Counted from the whole stretch's first letter, positions 39,877-53,855 are shown. The stretch is DNA of 63,393 nucleotides, filler included, from Reticulomyxa filosa (GCA_000512085.1; 19 parts of 19 records of this genome joined end to end with filler, not necessarily neighbours in it), one strand, 5' to 3'. Made by a program: numbers and translations. Notes: generated by a model not told the origin, from the sequence alone.

Positions 39877-39991
39877 AAAAAAAAGCAAAAGAAGACAAAA
39901 GCAAAAAGAAAAGAGCGAACCGGGCGGCGCCTGAAGGCGCCGCCTGTTTCGTTCTTTTATTTTTCGCTTTTCCCTTCTTTTGCTTTTTTTT
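39877..39991. repeat. Long imperfect inverted repeat with GC-rich core
   Basis: GGCGGCGCC (39923-39931) TGAA GGCGCCGCC (39936-39944); the arms extend to about 55 bp in total with a few mismatches and G-U pairs. Confidence 0.85.
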
Positions 39992-41427
39992 TAAATGTGC
40001 TTGCACCTTTTTTTTCATATAGTCTTTCTTTTGTTTAGCTTTTTTTGCTTGCTTCGTCTATTTCACGTCTAGCATGTGCGCTCAAAGTCGTGCAAGACTG
40101 TACACCTTCAATAAGTATCAATAGAGAATTCTCTTCATCGAAGAAACCTTTCAGCAGCGCTGTTGTTTTCTGCGCTAGTAAAACTGCTTTTAGCATCATT
40201 AGTAAAGACGTTCAAGTATATGTTTTACATCAATGTTACAACTCTTTTTTTATGTTTTATGTAATTTCAATTTTACTTATTTGTAAAGGAATTTATTGAT
40301 GCATTGCTTTTTTTTATTATATTGCTTACTCTGGAAAAATTTATTGAAAGAGTACAGAAGATAACTATATTTACAATGGATGTACTGGTTTGACGAAAAG
40401 TTTGCCGAATGGTCCATTGTTGCCTGAAGATATCGTTTACTCTTTTTTTTATGTTTACAAACTACCCAAAAGAGCATGTGTTCGTGAGCTTGTTATTGCA
40501 CCTGTTGATCAAACTATTCCAAAAAATTAAATGTCTATTTTTTAATGAAAATATATTTCAGTCGTTTATCAAAAGAAGCCACAAAAAAAGTGAGTACCTT
40601 GGCCAAAAAAGGAAATATACTTTTTTTTAATTTATTAGTTACTTTCTCATTTTAAGATCGTTTCCAAAAAATTGCAAGTCTACAGATCCTCGTGTCGCAT
40701 GTGATATATTTGATACATTTGAAAAATTACTAACCAAAAAGAGATAACGTTTAAGCAGCGTTACAAATCAAATTACTTTTTAAAAAATAACAATATCTAA
40801 AAGAATTGTTGAAAACTGTGTCAATTTACCACGTAAACATTTTTGTTACCTGTTTTCTCAAACTCTCAAATATTTCATCTTTGATATTTTCTCAAGTAAA
40901 CGATGCGATAATGTCACATACTTTTCTTGATGTTGGATTGAATACTTCAAACACTATAATTGAATTTAAAGCTGACTTAAAATTTGTTAATTTATATTTA
41001 ATTAAAAATAACTTCAAGAATTTGATGGATATGTCAACCAACAATAAAGTACGTTATCAGAATAAAATCTTGAATGACATTGTGAATAATTTGCAATAAA
41101 ACGACTATTTTGAAAAATTGAGAAATTACAATCAAATTTAACTAAATTTCTTCATTTTTTAGCCATTGACTTGTAATCACTTACTTCAAATTTTTTCATT
41201 TTTCTTCAACTCAAAAAACTATTCACACGTTCTGCACAATTTTTTTTATAAAAATAAAGTTCCTTTTTTCTTTTGAAATATGTCAAGTTTTTTTTTTCTG
41301 TTGTTCAAATTGTATTTAGATAAAGGCTGCTTAACAATGACTGCAAATTTTTTTAGAAAATGTGAAATAATTTTTTCCAAGAACTAGATTAAAAATTCAA
41401 CAACACATAACAAAAGTAGATAATAAT

Positions 41428-42259
41428 TCATGAAGTTTTTAAATCATTATTCGCGTCAGTGCTTTGAGAAACGACAGATTGTTCTTTCGATGGATGATAT
41501 ATTTGAATGCCTTTGAATTCTGCAAATTTGACCAACCCATTAGGTTTATCCAAGCTAACTTCACTAACTCGAATCCATTGTCTGTTGTCTTCATCAAACA
41601 AATCGATTACATTTCGAATTTCAAATTTATCCATATCGTCATTTAATACCACTACCTTTAAGATGATATTTAATAAATAAATTTAATCATTTTTTTAAAC
41701 AAAATAAAAAAATACCTGAGTTTTATCAACAACAAAAGAATAAATGGGCTGTTGTTTGGACGATTGAATAATAGTTTGTCTCAAAATATTCAATTGTTTA
41801 TCAAACTCAGTCATTGAGTTGGCAATAATTCCGTCATGCATTTTGTATGAAAACTTATTTGCGAAAATTTTATTATGACGAGATGTTATTTTTGCAAATG
41901 TTGCAAGGTCTCGTATATAGCCTTGAAGTAATAAATTTAATCTTTGAATTGAATTTTCTATTTGTGTATATCATATATGTATATTTTAGCATAACTAGTT
42001 TGTTGTTTAAAAAACCTGGGTCAATTTTCCATTTAATTCCTCGTTTTACAAGTTTCAAATTTGCTCCTTTGATTAATGCTTTTGGTTTTTCTGATACATT
42101 TGTTAGTTCAACTGGATATCTTTGTACGTCTTTTTCGAACTCTCCTATTATTACCGCTTTTTCACCGTTCCAAAGAGGTCTATTTTCCAATCCAACTAGT
42201 TCCACGATATCATCCGTACGATATGCGTGTTCAAGGGGTAGCTCTTCCCGTGACGTCAT
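41428..42259 (-). CDS. 3-exon protein, 225 aa: N-terminal SH3-like module plus putative NTF2/SnoaL-like domain
   Basis: Exons 42259-42016, 41921-41716, 41655-41428 splice in phase. VELVGLENRPLWNGEKAVIIGEFEKDVQRYPVEL...LIKGANL matches the GL..(L)NG...RY.V...K..NL beta-barrel common in protists. Confidence 0.6.
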
Positions 42260-42679
42260 ATCTAAGATCTACAAAAACTCTGTTAGAAAACCCCTTGATT
42301 TCAGTCGCTTTCAAAACTCTTTTGTCAAGCAAACTCAAATCACATGTATACTAGCTTCGTGTTAATTAAACCATACTGAATGCTATCATACACAAAAAGA
42401 GAATACTTTAAAAATCGAATAGTCTTTAAGTAATTTAGTGCCATATTATGACACTTTGTTGTTATATAAGAAAAAATTGGAGTTTGTTTATACTATGTTT
42501 GGATTGTATGACATGCTTAAGCTTTTTTCTAACCAGTTTTATAGAGTGTCATGAAGAAAAAAGTTTAAATGCTCACAAATAATTACAAACAACAGATCAA
42601 ATCGTGAGCCATCCCATTATTTGTCAACATCACGTAAAATTAGAAAAAAAAGCAAGCTTTGGGTTATCTATTAATCACC

Positions 42680-44027
42680 TTATGTTTGTCTTTTTTTTTC
42701 AAAATTTTTGCCTAAGGTTTCCATAAATTCTACAGTCTCCATGTAGTGTTCTTTCTTCAAATCTTTGCCATATACACACAAAGCCAAATCTTTGGTCATT
42801 TGTCCTTTTTCAATTGTTTCAATGCAAGTTGCTTCTAAATCTTCACAGAATTTTTGCAAAGCAGGATTATTGTCTAATTTTGCGCGATGCAGCAAGCCAC
42901 GAGTCCATGCAAATATTGATGCAATTGGATTTGTGCTTGTTTCTTTGCCTGAATTATTTTTTTGAAGTAACAATATAAGTGTATACTTTTTTTTTTTGTG
43001 TATGTGACATTTCACAATTTTTTTTGTACTTGTGCGTAGTACGAGAACAGTTTGTTAAAAAAAATAATATTTATTGCAAACCTTGTTGCCAGAATCGCCA
43101 GTGTCGAGTAACAGTTCCGTGAGCTGCTTCTGCTTCCACAGTTTGTCCATCAGGTGTCATCAACACACTTGTCATCAAGCCAAGTGATCCATATCTATCA
43201 AATTACGAAACCACATTTAGAAACGATCAGTCCTCACAATTTCAAATTTTAATCTTGTTTTTTTTTTTTTTTTTTTTGAAAAAAAAAATTGTTTGTTATA
43301 TGGAATACCCTTGTGCAATAATATCGGATTGGACATCACCATCGTAGTTTTTGCAAGCCCATACAAACCCTCCGTTGCTCTTCAAGCATTGAGCAACCAT
43401 GTCATCAATGAGTCTGTGTTCGTACCACAATTTCGCTTCTTCAAATTGTTTCTTGTATTGTCGCTCATAAATTTCTTGGAAAGTGTCTTTAAACAATCCG
43501 TCGTATTTTTTCAAAATCGTATTTTTGGTCGACAAATACATTGGACTATAATCAATTCAAAATAAAAAATAAAAAACATTCAACTGACACACATACACAC
43601 ACACAAAAAAAACCAAACTATTTTTTCAAAAGCGAATAATGAAAACAGGAATGTGCAAAGCCAACAATGGATTCTTTTGTATTGTACATGCCCATTCCAC
43701 AACCTCCGTCTTTCGGATATTCGGAGAATATGTCCCATTCCTTCGCTGGTGAGCCATCTTTTGGCGTAAATTTCATTGTCAGTTTGCCTGGCTTATCAAC
43801 GACAAAGTCGGTGGCACGATATTGATCACCAAAGGCATGTCTCCCAACAACAATTGGTTGAGTCCATCCTGGAACTAAGCGTGGCACGTTCTTGCAAGTG
43901 ATTGGCTCACGGAAAACAGTACCGTTCAGTATATTTCGAATTGTTCCGTTCGGAGACTTCCACATCTCTTTCAATCCAAATTCTTGCACGCGTTGTTCAT
44001 CGGGTGTGATCGTGGCGCATTTTATAC
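42680..44027 (-). CDS. IDH: NADP-dependent isocitrate dehydrogenase (IDH1/2 type), 5' truncated
   Basis: [112 protein letters not shown]. Confidence 0.97.
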
Positions 44028-44265
44028 CTTACATATTGTTGAAATGTGTATGTGCGTACGTTTTTGTTTTTTTTGCTCTCCTGTCCGACAAAGTGTTTTT
44101 CTTACTCATTTTATAACCAAATTTTTTCATCTCCCCCTTTTTTTTTTTTNNNNNNNNNNNNNNNNNNNNNNNNNNNNNNNNNNNNNNNNNNNNTTAATTA
44201 ATTAANNNNNNNNNNNNNNNNNNNNNNNNNNNNNNNNNNNNNNNNNNNNAAAAAAAAAAAAAAAG

Positions 44266-46176
44266 GATGTTGTAGCAACAATATCATGTTACACGAGTAT
44301 TGTGTTTAATCGTTTTCACTGGCTACGAGCGAGATTTGTGTTAATGCTAATCCAAATAATGATATTCTTTTGGAGTATGGAAAGTTCAATATTCAGTCCG
44401 CACTATGAATTTTTTGAGTTTGTAAGTTATGATCTGACGTGGTTTGTATTACTTATTAACACACTTTATTTGTCATGCAACTACATATTGGCATTGGTAA
44501 TCCACCAGTCAATTCAAGAAAATCATTTGACACCAAAGAGCCAACACAAGAAGTCCAAAAAAAACAAACACCGAGCAAGTCAAAGCAATATAATGACGTA
44601 TCTTCCCAAAAAATTTGGTAGTCAAAATCCAAGCAAAATATTGGACGGAATTATCTTGTCTCAGTCAATCAATTCCAATCCAAACGCAAGTAACACAGCA
44701 ATAGAGACAACAGCAGCGGTGACGGCAGCAGTGACCACCGCGTCCGCGTCAATATCGGCAATCACACAACAAGAAACGGAAATGGAACTGACTAGACAAC
44801 TCGACCCTGTCGGAACTGGAATTGCAACGAGTCCACTGCCAAGCGCTCGAGACGTCGAACCTGTCGTAAAATTAGTGGAAACTGTAGATCATATTCGATA
44901 CAATGTTGACAATGTACCCACATTGAGTGAATTGAAGCTGCAATATGTGCATCGATTTGCCGAACTTCTCATTTCTTGTTCTTTGAGTACCAATATCGTC
45001 GTTGCTATATTGTATTGGTGTTTACTGTTTCCTTATACTACTAATGTTACGGCTCATTATTTGCGTATACGTTGTCTTTTATGGATTATATATTCATGTG
45101 CATACATCATATTTATTATATATATGTATATATGTATATATGTATATATTTATTTATTTATTATATATGTAAATATATACATATATTTACTTATTTATTG
45201 ATTGCTTGATTGGTATACATATTTGCACACGTGTATGGATACAATGAACACCTTGAGTTAGTCATCATCCGAAAAAGTATTGAATGGTTTTGAATATGTG
45301 GTAAGTCCTTGTTTGATATTATTTGAACAAATGTGCTCCTCGCGACGTGTGGAGTTCAAGAAATTCTACTTGCCTTTGATCTATGCGTCCATTCTCAGTT
45401 TGTGGATTTATGGAATTAATCGCCACGCGAGTGTAAACGGGAACCGAACAACTATTACCTATTTCAAACCAATCACCAATGTAATGTTTGGATCACTACC
45501 ACTTTGATTGGAAGTGTCTTCCTATTTATTGCCATCGGCGTCGTTAAAAATTTTTTAATTAGTGCGTATATGACGCCTATCTATGTCAAGGACGAATGTA
45601 TCGAAGATGTTGTTGGTATCATTCCAGAAGAACCTCAAGCCAATGAGTTCCATACAACACCCGGAGAGTTTGGTTGCATTTTTTTTTTTAAAAAAAAAAA
45701 GGGGAGAGGATTCCCCATTTTATATAAAATATATCGATGAATTTAAATGCAAAATTGTCAGAGTTTTATTTGAAGCAGTTCGTACATTAAGTAAACAACA
45801 AGCAAAAAAACTGAAAAAGAAATTGGACACCATTAAACATGAGAGAACTCAAATGAAAGATGATGACTCTGGCAATGGCGACCCCATCGGACATCTTGCG
45901 ACTAATTCGTCGATCGATCCAGAAGCTCAAAAAGAAGAAGAGATCCAAGACCGAGAAGAAATTAGCGTTAGTTTGGATAGCAGTGGAGTTTCTGCGAGAA
46001 TTGGATTGGACAAACAAAAAAAAAGTGAAAGCGAACATAGCGAAAGTGCACATGATATCGATCCTGTCACCAATGAGGACAAACGTAAAGAAAATCGTCG
46101 ACGTACCAAGTCTGGATATAACTATGTTATCCAAGATCACATGGATAGTGATGATGAAGCTTTAGTGGCATTGTAA
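44266..46176 (+). CDS. FAR-17a/AIG1/rolling-stone-like multi-pass membrane protein with acidic C-tail (5' truncated)
   Basis: YDLTWFVLLINTLYL, SLSTNIVVAILYWCLLFP, NGFEYVVSPCLILFEQ, FYLPLIYASILSLWIY follow the family's transmembrane pattern. Confidence 0.55.
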
Positions 46177-46950
46177 GAGGCTTATTTTTTGTTTTGTTCC
46201 TTTGTTTGTCTGCCGTCTTTTAGTGCCACTTCTTATTTTTTATTTTGGCCTTTCTTTTTTTTCTATTTGGGCACTCAATCTTGTTTCTTTGCTCTTAAAT
46301 GATTGACCACATCTTTTTTTTTTCCTCGCTCTTTTTTTTGGTTATTCTTTGAAATTCTAGACACATGCATAATGCAAAATGTTTTCATTTCTCTATATTT
46401 CTATTTTCGTCATGCAGAGTCTTGGTTATTTATTAAAAATGTGAGAAGTTTTTGATCACTTTTTCTACCATTGACGGAAGCAAATATAAATTTTGAGATA
46501 CAGATGAAATAATTGTAATTTTTTTCGATTGTACTGTCCGACATTACAAAAAAGTCAACTACAGCTTTTACTAAATTGAATATCTCAGCTCGATATTCAG
46601 GTTATACAGAGTGAATTGCTGATAAAGCAAAGAGTGCGGCCTGCGAAATATCAACACCGGATAACAACGTGAATAGTTGTTATATATTTGAAGAATAACA
46701 ATGATCAAAAGTATTTTATCTCTACAATAAATCAACTGTGATTTCTGCAAACATTTAAAGGAGATTCTGGTTGTAATGCGCTTTGCGCCAAATGGAAATA
46801 GAATTATCCTGTAATTCGGGAAAAGTAAAAAGTTTGAGGACATTCACATTATATACAAGTGCCCAACTTTACCGGTTGAAATGCTATTGCGATGAATGAT
46901 AAATCGATGAAATCATGAATAGTGATGACATTCTAATAATTGATAGTATT

Positions 46951-48179
46951 TCATCCCCAGATTTGAATTGTCCCATCATCAGAACATGACACAATTGTAT
47001 TTCCATCTGGCGAAATATCAACCCCTGTTATCTTGTCCCATTCTAACTTTTGCATTTCATTCCCTGTCTTTATGTCCCACAGTCGAATTGTTTTATCATG
47101 TGAATATGAAACAACAATTTGATCGTCTTGTGAAAATTTTGCATCTTTTACAGCGTCCAAATGTCCTTTTAGCCTTTTTGTCTCTTTCTTAGATTGTACA
47201 TCCCATATTCGAATTGTTTTATCGTAAGATCCCGACACAATAAAACAACCATTTGATGAAAATTGTGCTCTTGTAACAAAATCCAAATGTCCCTTTAATT
47301 CATAAGCTTTTTTACATAATTTTATATCCCATACAATAATTGTATTATCATTCGAAGAAGATACAATCATTTGACCATTTGGTGAAAATTGTACATCATT
47401 TATCCAATTTGTGTATCCTTCTATTATTTTTATTTCTTCTTCAGTTTTCACATCCCATACTCGAATTGTTTTATCATTTGAACAAGACACAATTCTATTT
47501 CCATCTGGTGAAAATCGTACTTTTGTTACTCCACTAGAATGCCCTTCAAACATCTTTATCTCCCGTCCTGATTTTGCATTCCACAATCGGATTGTTTTGT
47601 CTCCCGAGCAAGACGCAATTAATTTTCCATTAGGTGAAAATTGTGCATCATAAACCCAATCGCAATGTCCTTCACATTTTTTAATTTCTTTTCCAGAAGC
47701 TATATTCCATATCTGAACAGTTCTATCCATTGACGATGAAACAATCTTGGTTCCATCTGGCGAAAATCTTACAGAGAATATATGGTTTAGCTTTCCTTGT
47801 AATTCCCTTAATAATTTGAAATATTTGACCTACATTGAATTTTTTTGTTGTTGTGATAATTTTAATTTGTTTACAAAACAAATAAACTGAACATATCGTG
47901 AAATTATCATATTAAAATCATCGATCCACCCCAAATCAATGGACAATAATTTACACCAATTATTTATTATTATTTCTATTTTCTCTTTGGTCTGTTCCAT
48001 TGTTTTTTTAAATGATTGACAATATAATGATAGATAAGAAAACAGTAAAACATGTCTTGTACAACTTTTACCAGGTGCGGTTCAACAGTACGTTGAGTTT
48101 GTTTGCCGCCATTTACTTTCATCCCTTCACAGAGCTTAGCTTTCGCGAAAGAAGAGCAATCATGTCTTTCATTTGCCAT
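46951..48179 (-). CDS. WD40-repeat protein (about 7 repeats) with a short N-terminal helical motif
   Basis: Repeated GH...V..AQFSPDG..IVS.S.DKTIRIWD units. Upstream exon EIIINNWCKLLSIDLGWIDDFNMIISRY resembles the leader of the expanded Reticulomyxa WD40 family (from recall). Confidence 0.93.
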
Positions 48180-48521
48180 TTCGAACTTAATTATAGTATT
48201 TGATATTTTTTCAACGAAACGATTCGTTCAAGCTTTTTTTATTACCTTTAGGAGAAACTCGGTTGAGTTAAGTACAAGTCAAAAGTAATAAAATGTGATA
48301 TTAGTTTTGAGGCACTTGTCATAAAAAAGGAAAAGTGCAACAAAGAAGTGGTCATATATGTTCAGAAGTTAAGAGTAAAAAAAGTTGGTTGAATTATCTT
48401 TTATGGCTTGTTTTTTATCTTAAAGTGAAATTAAAAAAACAAAATTATTTCAAAAATATAAAAATGTACATTTTTACCGAAAAAAAAAAACCCGTATTCC
48501 TTTCTCCCCGTTCGGTGTTTG

Positions 48522-49170
48522 TCAATCCTGCACATAATTAGCTTCTAATTCTTCTGAATCAGATTCCTCATCTTTGTTCAAAATCATAGCAGATACACCT
48601 AATTTATTGGGCGCATAAGCAGCAATCATCGCTCGCATTTCCGATTCTTCTTGGAGTTCGATATCGCTAGGCTTAGGAGTTAAATCAATGATAACCCCAA
48701 CGTTCCCAAGAGCTTGTTGAGCATTCTTCTTAGAATATGGCAATGACTTCAAGTGCATCATATTAGGCTATTTCATATTTCACATATTAAAACAAAGTTC
48801 AGTGTAAGAACGGGTTACAAAAGGTACTTCCAAAAAAAGTTTTCAATTTTTTTCCTTTGAGGAAAAAAGAAATATACCTGATAAGATTTGAATCTGGCAA
48901 AAGCGTCAGTTAATATTGGGCCTACGCTCTCCAAGGCATCATCAAATACTTCAAAAAGTCCCTGTAAATTTTTTTCTTCGCAATTAACTTCCCAATTTTT
49001 TTCAAAGTAGTTTCTGGAAATTTCCAACATTCAACACAAAACAAATGTGTTTATTGACGAAGTGTGACCACCACACAAGCAAAAGACAGACACTCAACAC
49101 AATCGCAGTTCTATCCAAATCAGAAATTCTTACATCAGAAACAATATATCCATATTCGACATATTTCTTT
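48522..49170 (-). CDS. C-terminal exons of a hypothetical protein
   Basis: Protein-like ORFs 48815-49030 and 48522-48761 linked by a GT-AG intron; acidic C-terminus. Confidence 0.5.
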
Positions 49171-49240
49171 TACAATAATATATACACATATATATATATA
49201 TACACATAACATACATGTACACATAGTTTTGTGTTTATTC

Positions 49241-49275
<35 letters not shown>

Positions 49276-49467
49276 NNNNNNNNNNNNNNNNNNNNNNNNN
49301 NNNNNNNNNNNNNNNNNNNTTAATTAATTAANNNNNNNNNNNNNNNNNNNNNNNNNNNNNNNNNNNNNNNNNNNNAAAAAAAAGCATATATAAATAAAGT
49401 TGATTTATTTGAATTAATAATAATAATAATAATAATAATAATTGTTATTATCATTGTTATGATAAAT

Positions 49468-51265
49468 AGTGTTGCTCCGGATGACTATGATCCAACCAGT
49501 AGTGGCTACAAATGCTGCGGCGGAACAGAAGAATCGGGAGTGACTCTGATTTGCGATGGGTGTGAATACCACTTCCACGGAGAATGCATGAATGTAAATA
49601 AACCGGAAGACATGCCCGATATATGGTTTTGCAAGTCTTGCTCAAATTGCTGGCCCAAAGCCAAAGTATTGTACAATCGCTTGTCCGCCGTGTTGAGCGC
49701 GATGAGCGGATCGGACGAAGAGAGCGATGACTCGTCGACCAACAGCGGCTCCGTGAAACGCACGGAAATGACCAAGCAAAAAGCGATTCAGTTCAACGTC
49801 AAACTGGACAACCGGCTGAGACGATTGTGGGATTTCACCAATCGCGAAAAACACGCGTTGCAACGCTGCTACCAACAGTTTGGACAACTACCAGCGGAAG
49901 AGGTGAAACACAAACTCGGCGACGTTGTTGCTGCCAAGTTGCCTGAGCAGTTGGAGGCCTATTTCTATTCTTTAATGTCTCAGGTCGAGTATTTGGTTCG
50001 AGTCGAGCAATTGAAAGAGCTCATCCGAGACAATAAGATCACCTTGCCAGAGTGTTTATGGAAAAAATTTGAGCAGTTCATATGTATATATTACACTTTG
50101 TACATAACTTAACTTAATATAAAAAAATAAAAAAAAATAAATAAATAAATAAAAATAAAAATAAATTGAAAGATCAACCACTCACACTGAGACTCCAAAC
50201 AAGACAAAGAATCCTGACAAAGAGCAGTCCGACCTTCATTCCGATAATTCAAACTCAGTTCCGCTCAGTGAAGAGGTGTCCAAATTGGTAACAGACATGT
50301 TGAAAGACGTTTTGGCCAAGAGAAACCGGATCCATTCCAAACGACCATTTGAATCTACGTCTGACGTCCCGCCTCCGATCACAGAGGATACAGACATTTT
50401 TCATTCCAGCTCTGATTCATTGGACGCCATTGTTGCCGATTTAATGGTTAGCTTTTTTTTTTTCCCTCTCGTTTCAATGACTGTTAATAACAACAACAAC
50501 AACAACAATGTGGTCTGTCTTTGGATCAGGACAAGTTTCAGAAAAGAAATTTTGCTGATGCCAACGCCTTTATCGAAAGTATCAAACTGATTTTGGCAGA
50601 TAGACAAGCGTACCATCTGGACGAGAACGACGTACGTAGCTTCAAACAAATCGTAGACAAATACGCCTCGAGGCTCCTACGTTTGTGGCCATCCCCACAA
50701 ACCCATCAACCGCCAGCAGACCCAGCGATGCACACCCCAATTCGAGGCGCTTCCAACAGAGACGACGAAATGTTCGACTCGATGCCGAAAAGAGTTGAGC
50801 CGATGAAAAAAAAGTCGAAAAGCCCATCGATAGCCACATCCACAGCCACATCTGCCTCACTTCAGAGTCGACGACACAAGTTTGTGAAATCGGATTTGGA
50901 TTGCCTGACGGAGACTGACTACGAACTTGCATTTGGCTTAAAGAAGCCCGTATCACTGTTTGTCCACAATTTAACGGCACAATTGGCCACGAAAATTTGG
51001 CGACGCATACAAATGTGGAGTGTGTTACGTCCATTGAATCAAATGAGCGCAGAGGAACGGGAAGAGTACCTGAGCGAAGCTTACAACAAAATCAAAGCTG
51101 CCGAAAATGAAAGCAACTTTCCGTCCAAATTGCCCAATTGGTGGTATCCGCCCAAGCATGACAAACTGTTGGTTGATATGACGCTCAAATATGGCTTGGG
51201 AGATGTTGCCTCCATTATGAATGATCCTGATTTTTGTGCCATTGTCAATTCTGAACAAGAGCCTG
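49468..51265 (+). CDS. Chromatin protein fragment: PHD finger plus CHD-type SANT/SLIDE-like region
   Basis: KCCGG...LICDGCEYHFHGEC...DIWFCKSC (PHD); WDFTNREKHALQRCYQQFG (SANT-like); LPNWWYPPKHDKLLVDMTLKYGLGD...IMNDPDF (CHD SLIDE-like). Confidence 0.7.
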
Positions 51266-53855
51266 TAAGTTTGACATTACAAATTATATAGATCTATGAG
51301 TGTATAAATATTAAATNNNNNNNNNNNNNNNNNNNNNNNNNNNNNNNNNNNNNNNNNNNNTTAATTAATTAANNNNNNNNNNNNNNNNNNNNNNNNNNNN
51401 NNNNNNNNNNNNNNNNCATAGAAAAGAATTTTGATATGCTATCTCAGAGAATGATCGAATTATATTGTCTTCACCATTGATATGGAGAAAAAAATTTCAG
51501 TTTAATTTGAAAAGGGATCTGGAGTGAGGAAGGGGGAAAAAAAAAAGAAACGAAATGCTTTTCCATCGCGTCAAAAAGTCCTATATTGCAAATAGCCCCA
51601 TTTTACTCGGCTTTTTGTGGAGCAATGGTTTCTCGAACTAACATTACTCATCAAAAAAAAAAGGGTGCTACCTTATCCAAAGTCTTTTTTTGCCAATGAA
51701 AAAATTTCTTTTATCAGATGATTAACTAAAGCCAAATATTTGATAACGAAAATAACTTCTTTACTTTGTTATACCAAATATAAATGAAGAAGGCTTTTGG
51801 CAAGAAAATAATATGATATGACATGTGACGATAGCGGCGATGCCCTTTGCAAACTGTATTCTTATTTTTTTTTTAATGATTGAGATCAAACCATTATTAT
51901 TTTAACACGATAATTACCCTCAATCATTATAGCATAATTCCTTCTTTCGCAGTATTTTAAGCTATTGCAGAGTTATTTCGCATTTAAACATTTTTACAAA
52001 GAAAACCAGGATATTTGGTTAAGTGAGTACATATCAATTGAAACATGTTCCTCTTTACTTTTAAGATCAAAATTTTCCAAAAAAAAAGTTCAAAAATAGC
52101 AAGCAAAAAATTTATCCATGTCTAATAAAAATTTCAATTGTTCATCCCCAAACGCGAATGGGACCTTTGTATGAACTATGATATAAATTAACAACATTTG
52201 TTTTGATTTTAATTTTCCAATTCATCTATTGCCAAATTTGGATTGTTGTTTTATGTCCCAACGAAAGAAGAAGGACAATAATTCAATTGATATATTCATT
52301 TTTTAAACACTTTTGTAAAGAGAAACATGGATGCAGTATCATTTCTTATTTCTTCTGTTCAAAGTTTGAGGGGAACATTTGACTAATCAGACATCGACAT
52401 ATTTTGCTGAAATTATTGATGCATATGATCAAAAAATTCAAATTTCGAATAAATAAATTATTTCTTTGAAATAATATTTATTTTGGACAAATCTTTCAAA
52501 GAGAAGATACATTAAGTTTTCACATTTGTAAAGATAAAATATATGCGATCAAACAAATAGAAATTATCTCATTAAACAATTTACCAAGCAAAGTAAACAA
52601 GGAAATAATTTCGTCAAAATTGAAATACTACGAATAGCAAAAAAACAATTCGATGTATTGTAATTTTCTCCTTGTTGGAAGAGTTGAAAGAAGAAAAAGG
52701 AAATGAAATGAAAAAGAAAAGATGCAAAACTTTCTAATCATTTTTCTTGAAATGTAAATAACCAAATAATTTTTGTAATTTGTGCATGTATTCAAATTTT
52801 AATTATATTTCTTGGTGTCATGATAAAACAAAAAAGAAAGAATTTTTTTATTTCTAGTCCTCTTGAGCATTAAAAGTCTTGATTTCGCAGGTCTCGCTTT
52901 TAGAGACACAACAGCCAGATAAAGCACATCATTCAATGATTGCATTCAATCAAATCAGTTCAATATCAACTAACTTTTTTTAATCAAACTTTTCAAACAA
53001 AAACACTTTTATTTATTATTCGACAAAACAGTAAATTATCCACAAATACGAATGAGACCATTGCATGAACCATAACACAAATTCAAATCATATTTAATAT
53101 TCTTTGTCTTATCTTTCTTTTTCAATACAATACATTTAAGACATAATATTCCATTATCTTCTTTCTCATCTCCTTTGNNNNNNNNNNNNNNNNNNNNNNN
53201 NNNNNNNNNNNNNNNNNNNNNTTAATTAATTAANNNNNNNNNNNNNNNNNNNNNNNNNNNNNNNNNNNNNNNNNNNNGCGGTGTTGCGCCTACTGTATTT
53301 GTTACTAGAAGCGTGGAGGAACATTTTAAATCATAATCTCGTTGCGTTTTTGTCTTTCCTTTCTTTTTTTCTTACTTTATTTCATCGGAAAATATGTTGC
53401 TATGATGTTTTGACTCGTTATTGTTTGTCATTTTTAACAACTTTCAATTGTTGTTTTGAATGTTGGAAAAATAATTTCGCAAATAAAGTAATCTAAATGA
53501 AAGTGTGGTATATTCCGTATTATAAATGTTCTTTAGTTGCAGCCTTTGCAAAATACAAGTAACTTTACGAAGTTTATGTGATAATAAGATTTCTAAACTA
53601 ATAATCTGTGATTGACTTTTGTTTACACAGACAAACACACAAAAAAAAGACCTTGGTCAAAGATTATCAAGACTTTTTTAAAAAAAAAACTGCAATTGAG
53701 GTAAAAGAGCGGGTTTAATTCTGAGTATCTGCTTAGCAAAATGTTGCAACAAGGTATATGTGTTTGCTTTTTCGTGAAGAAAAGATCTTTTAAGCTTTGA
53801 AACTCAAAAAATAATGAAGTAATCGAATTACTTTTAATCGGATCGTTGATCCCAA

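Noticed and set aside
51417-53177. Possible caspase-like remnant (KKGCYLIQSLF near 51660)
   Set aside because: Too short and degenerate; no His-Gly or catalytic Cys motif could be traced.
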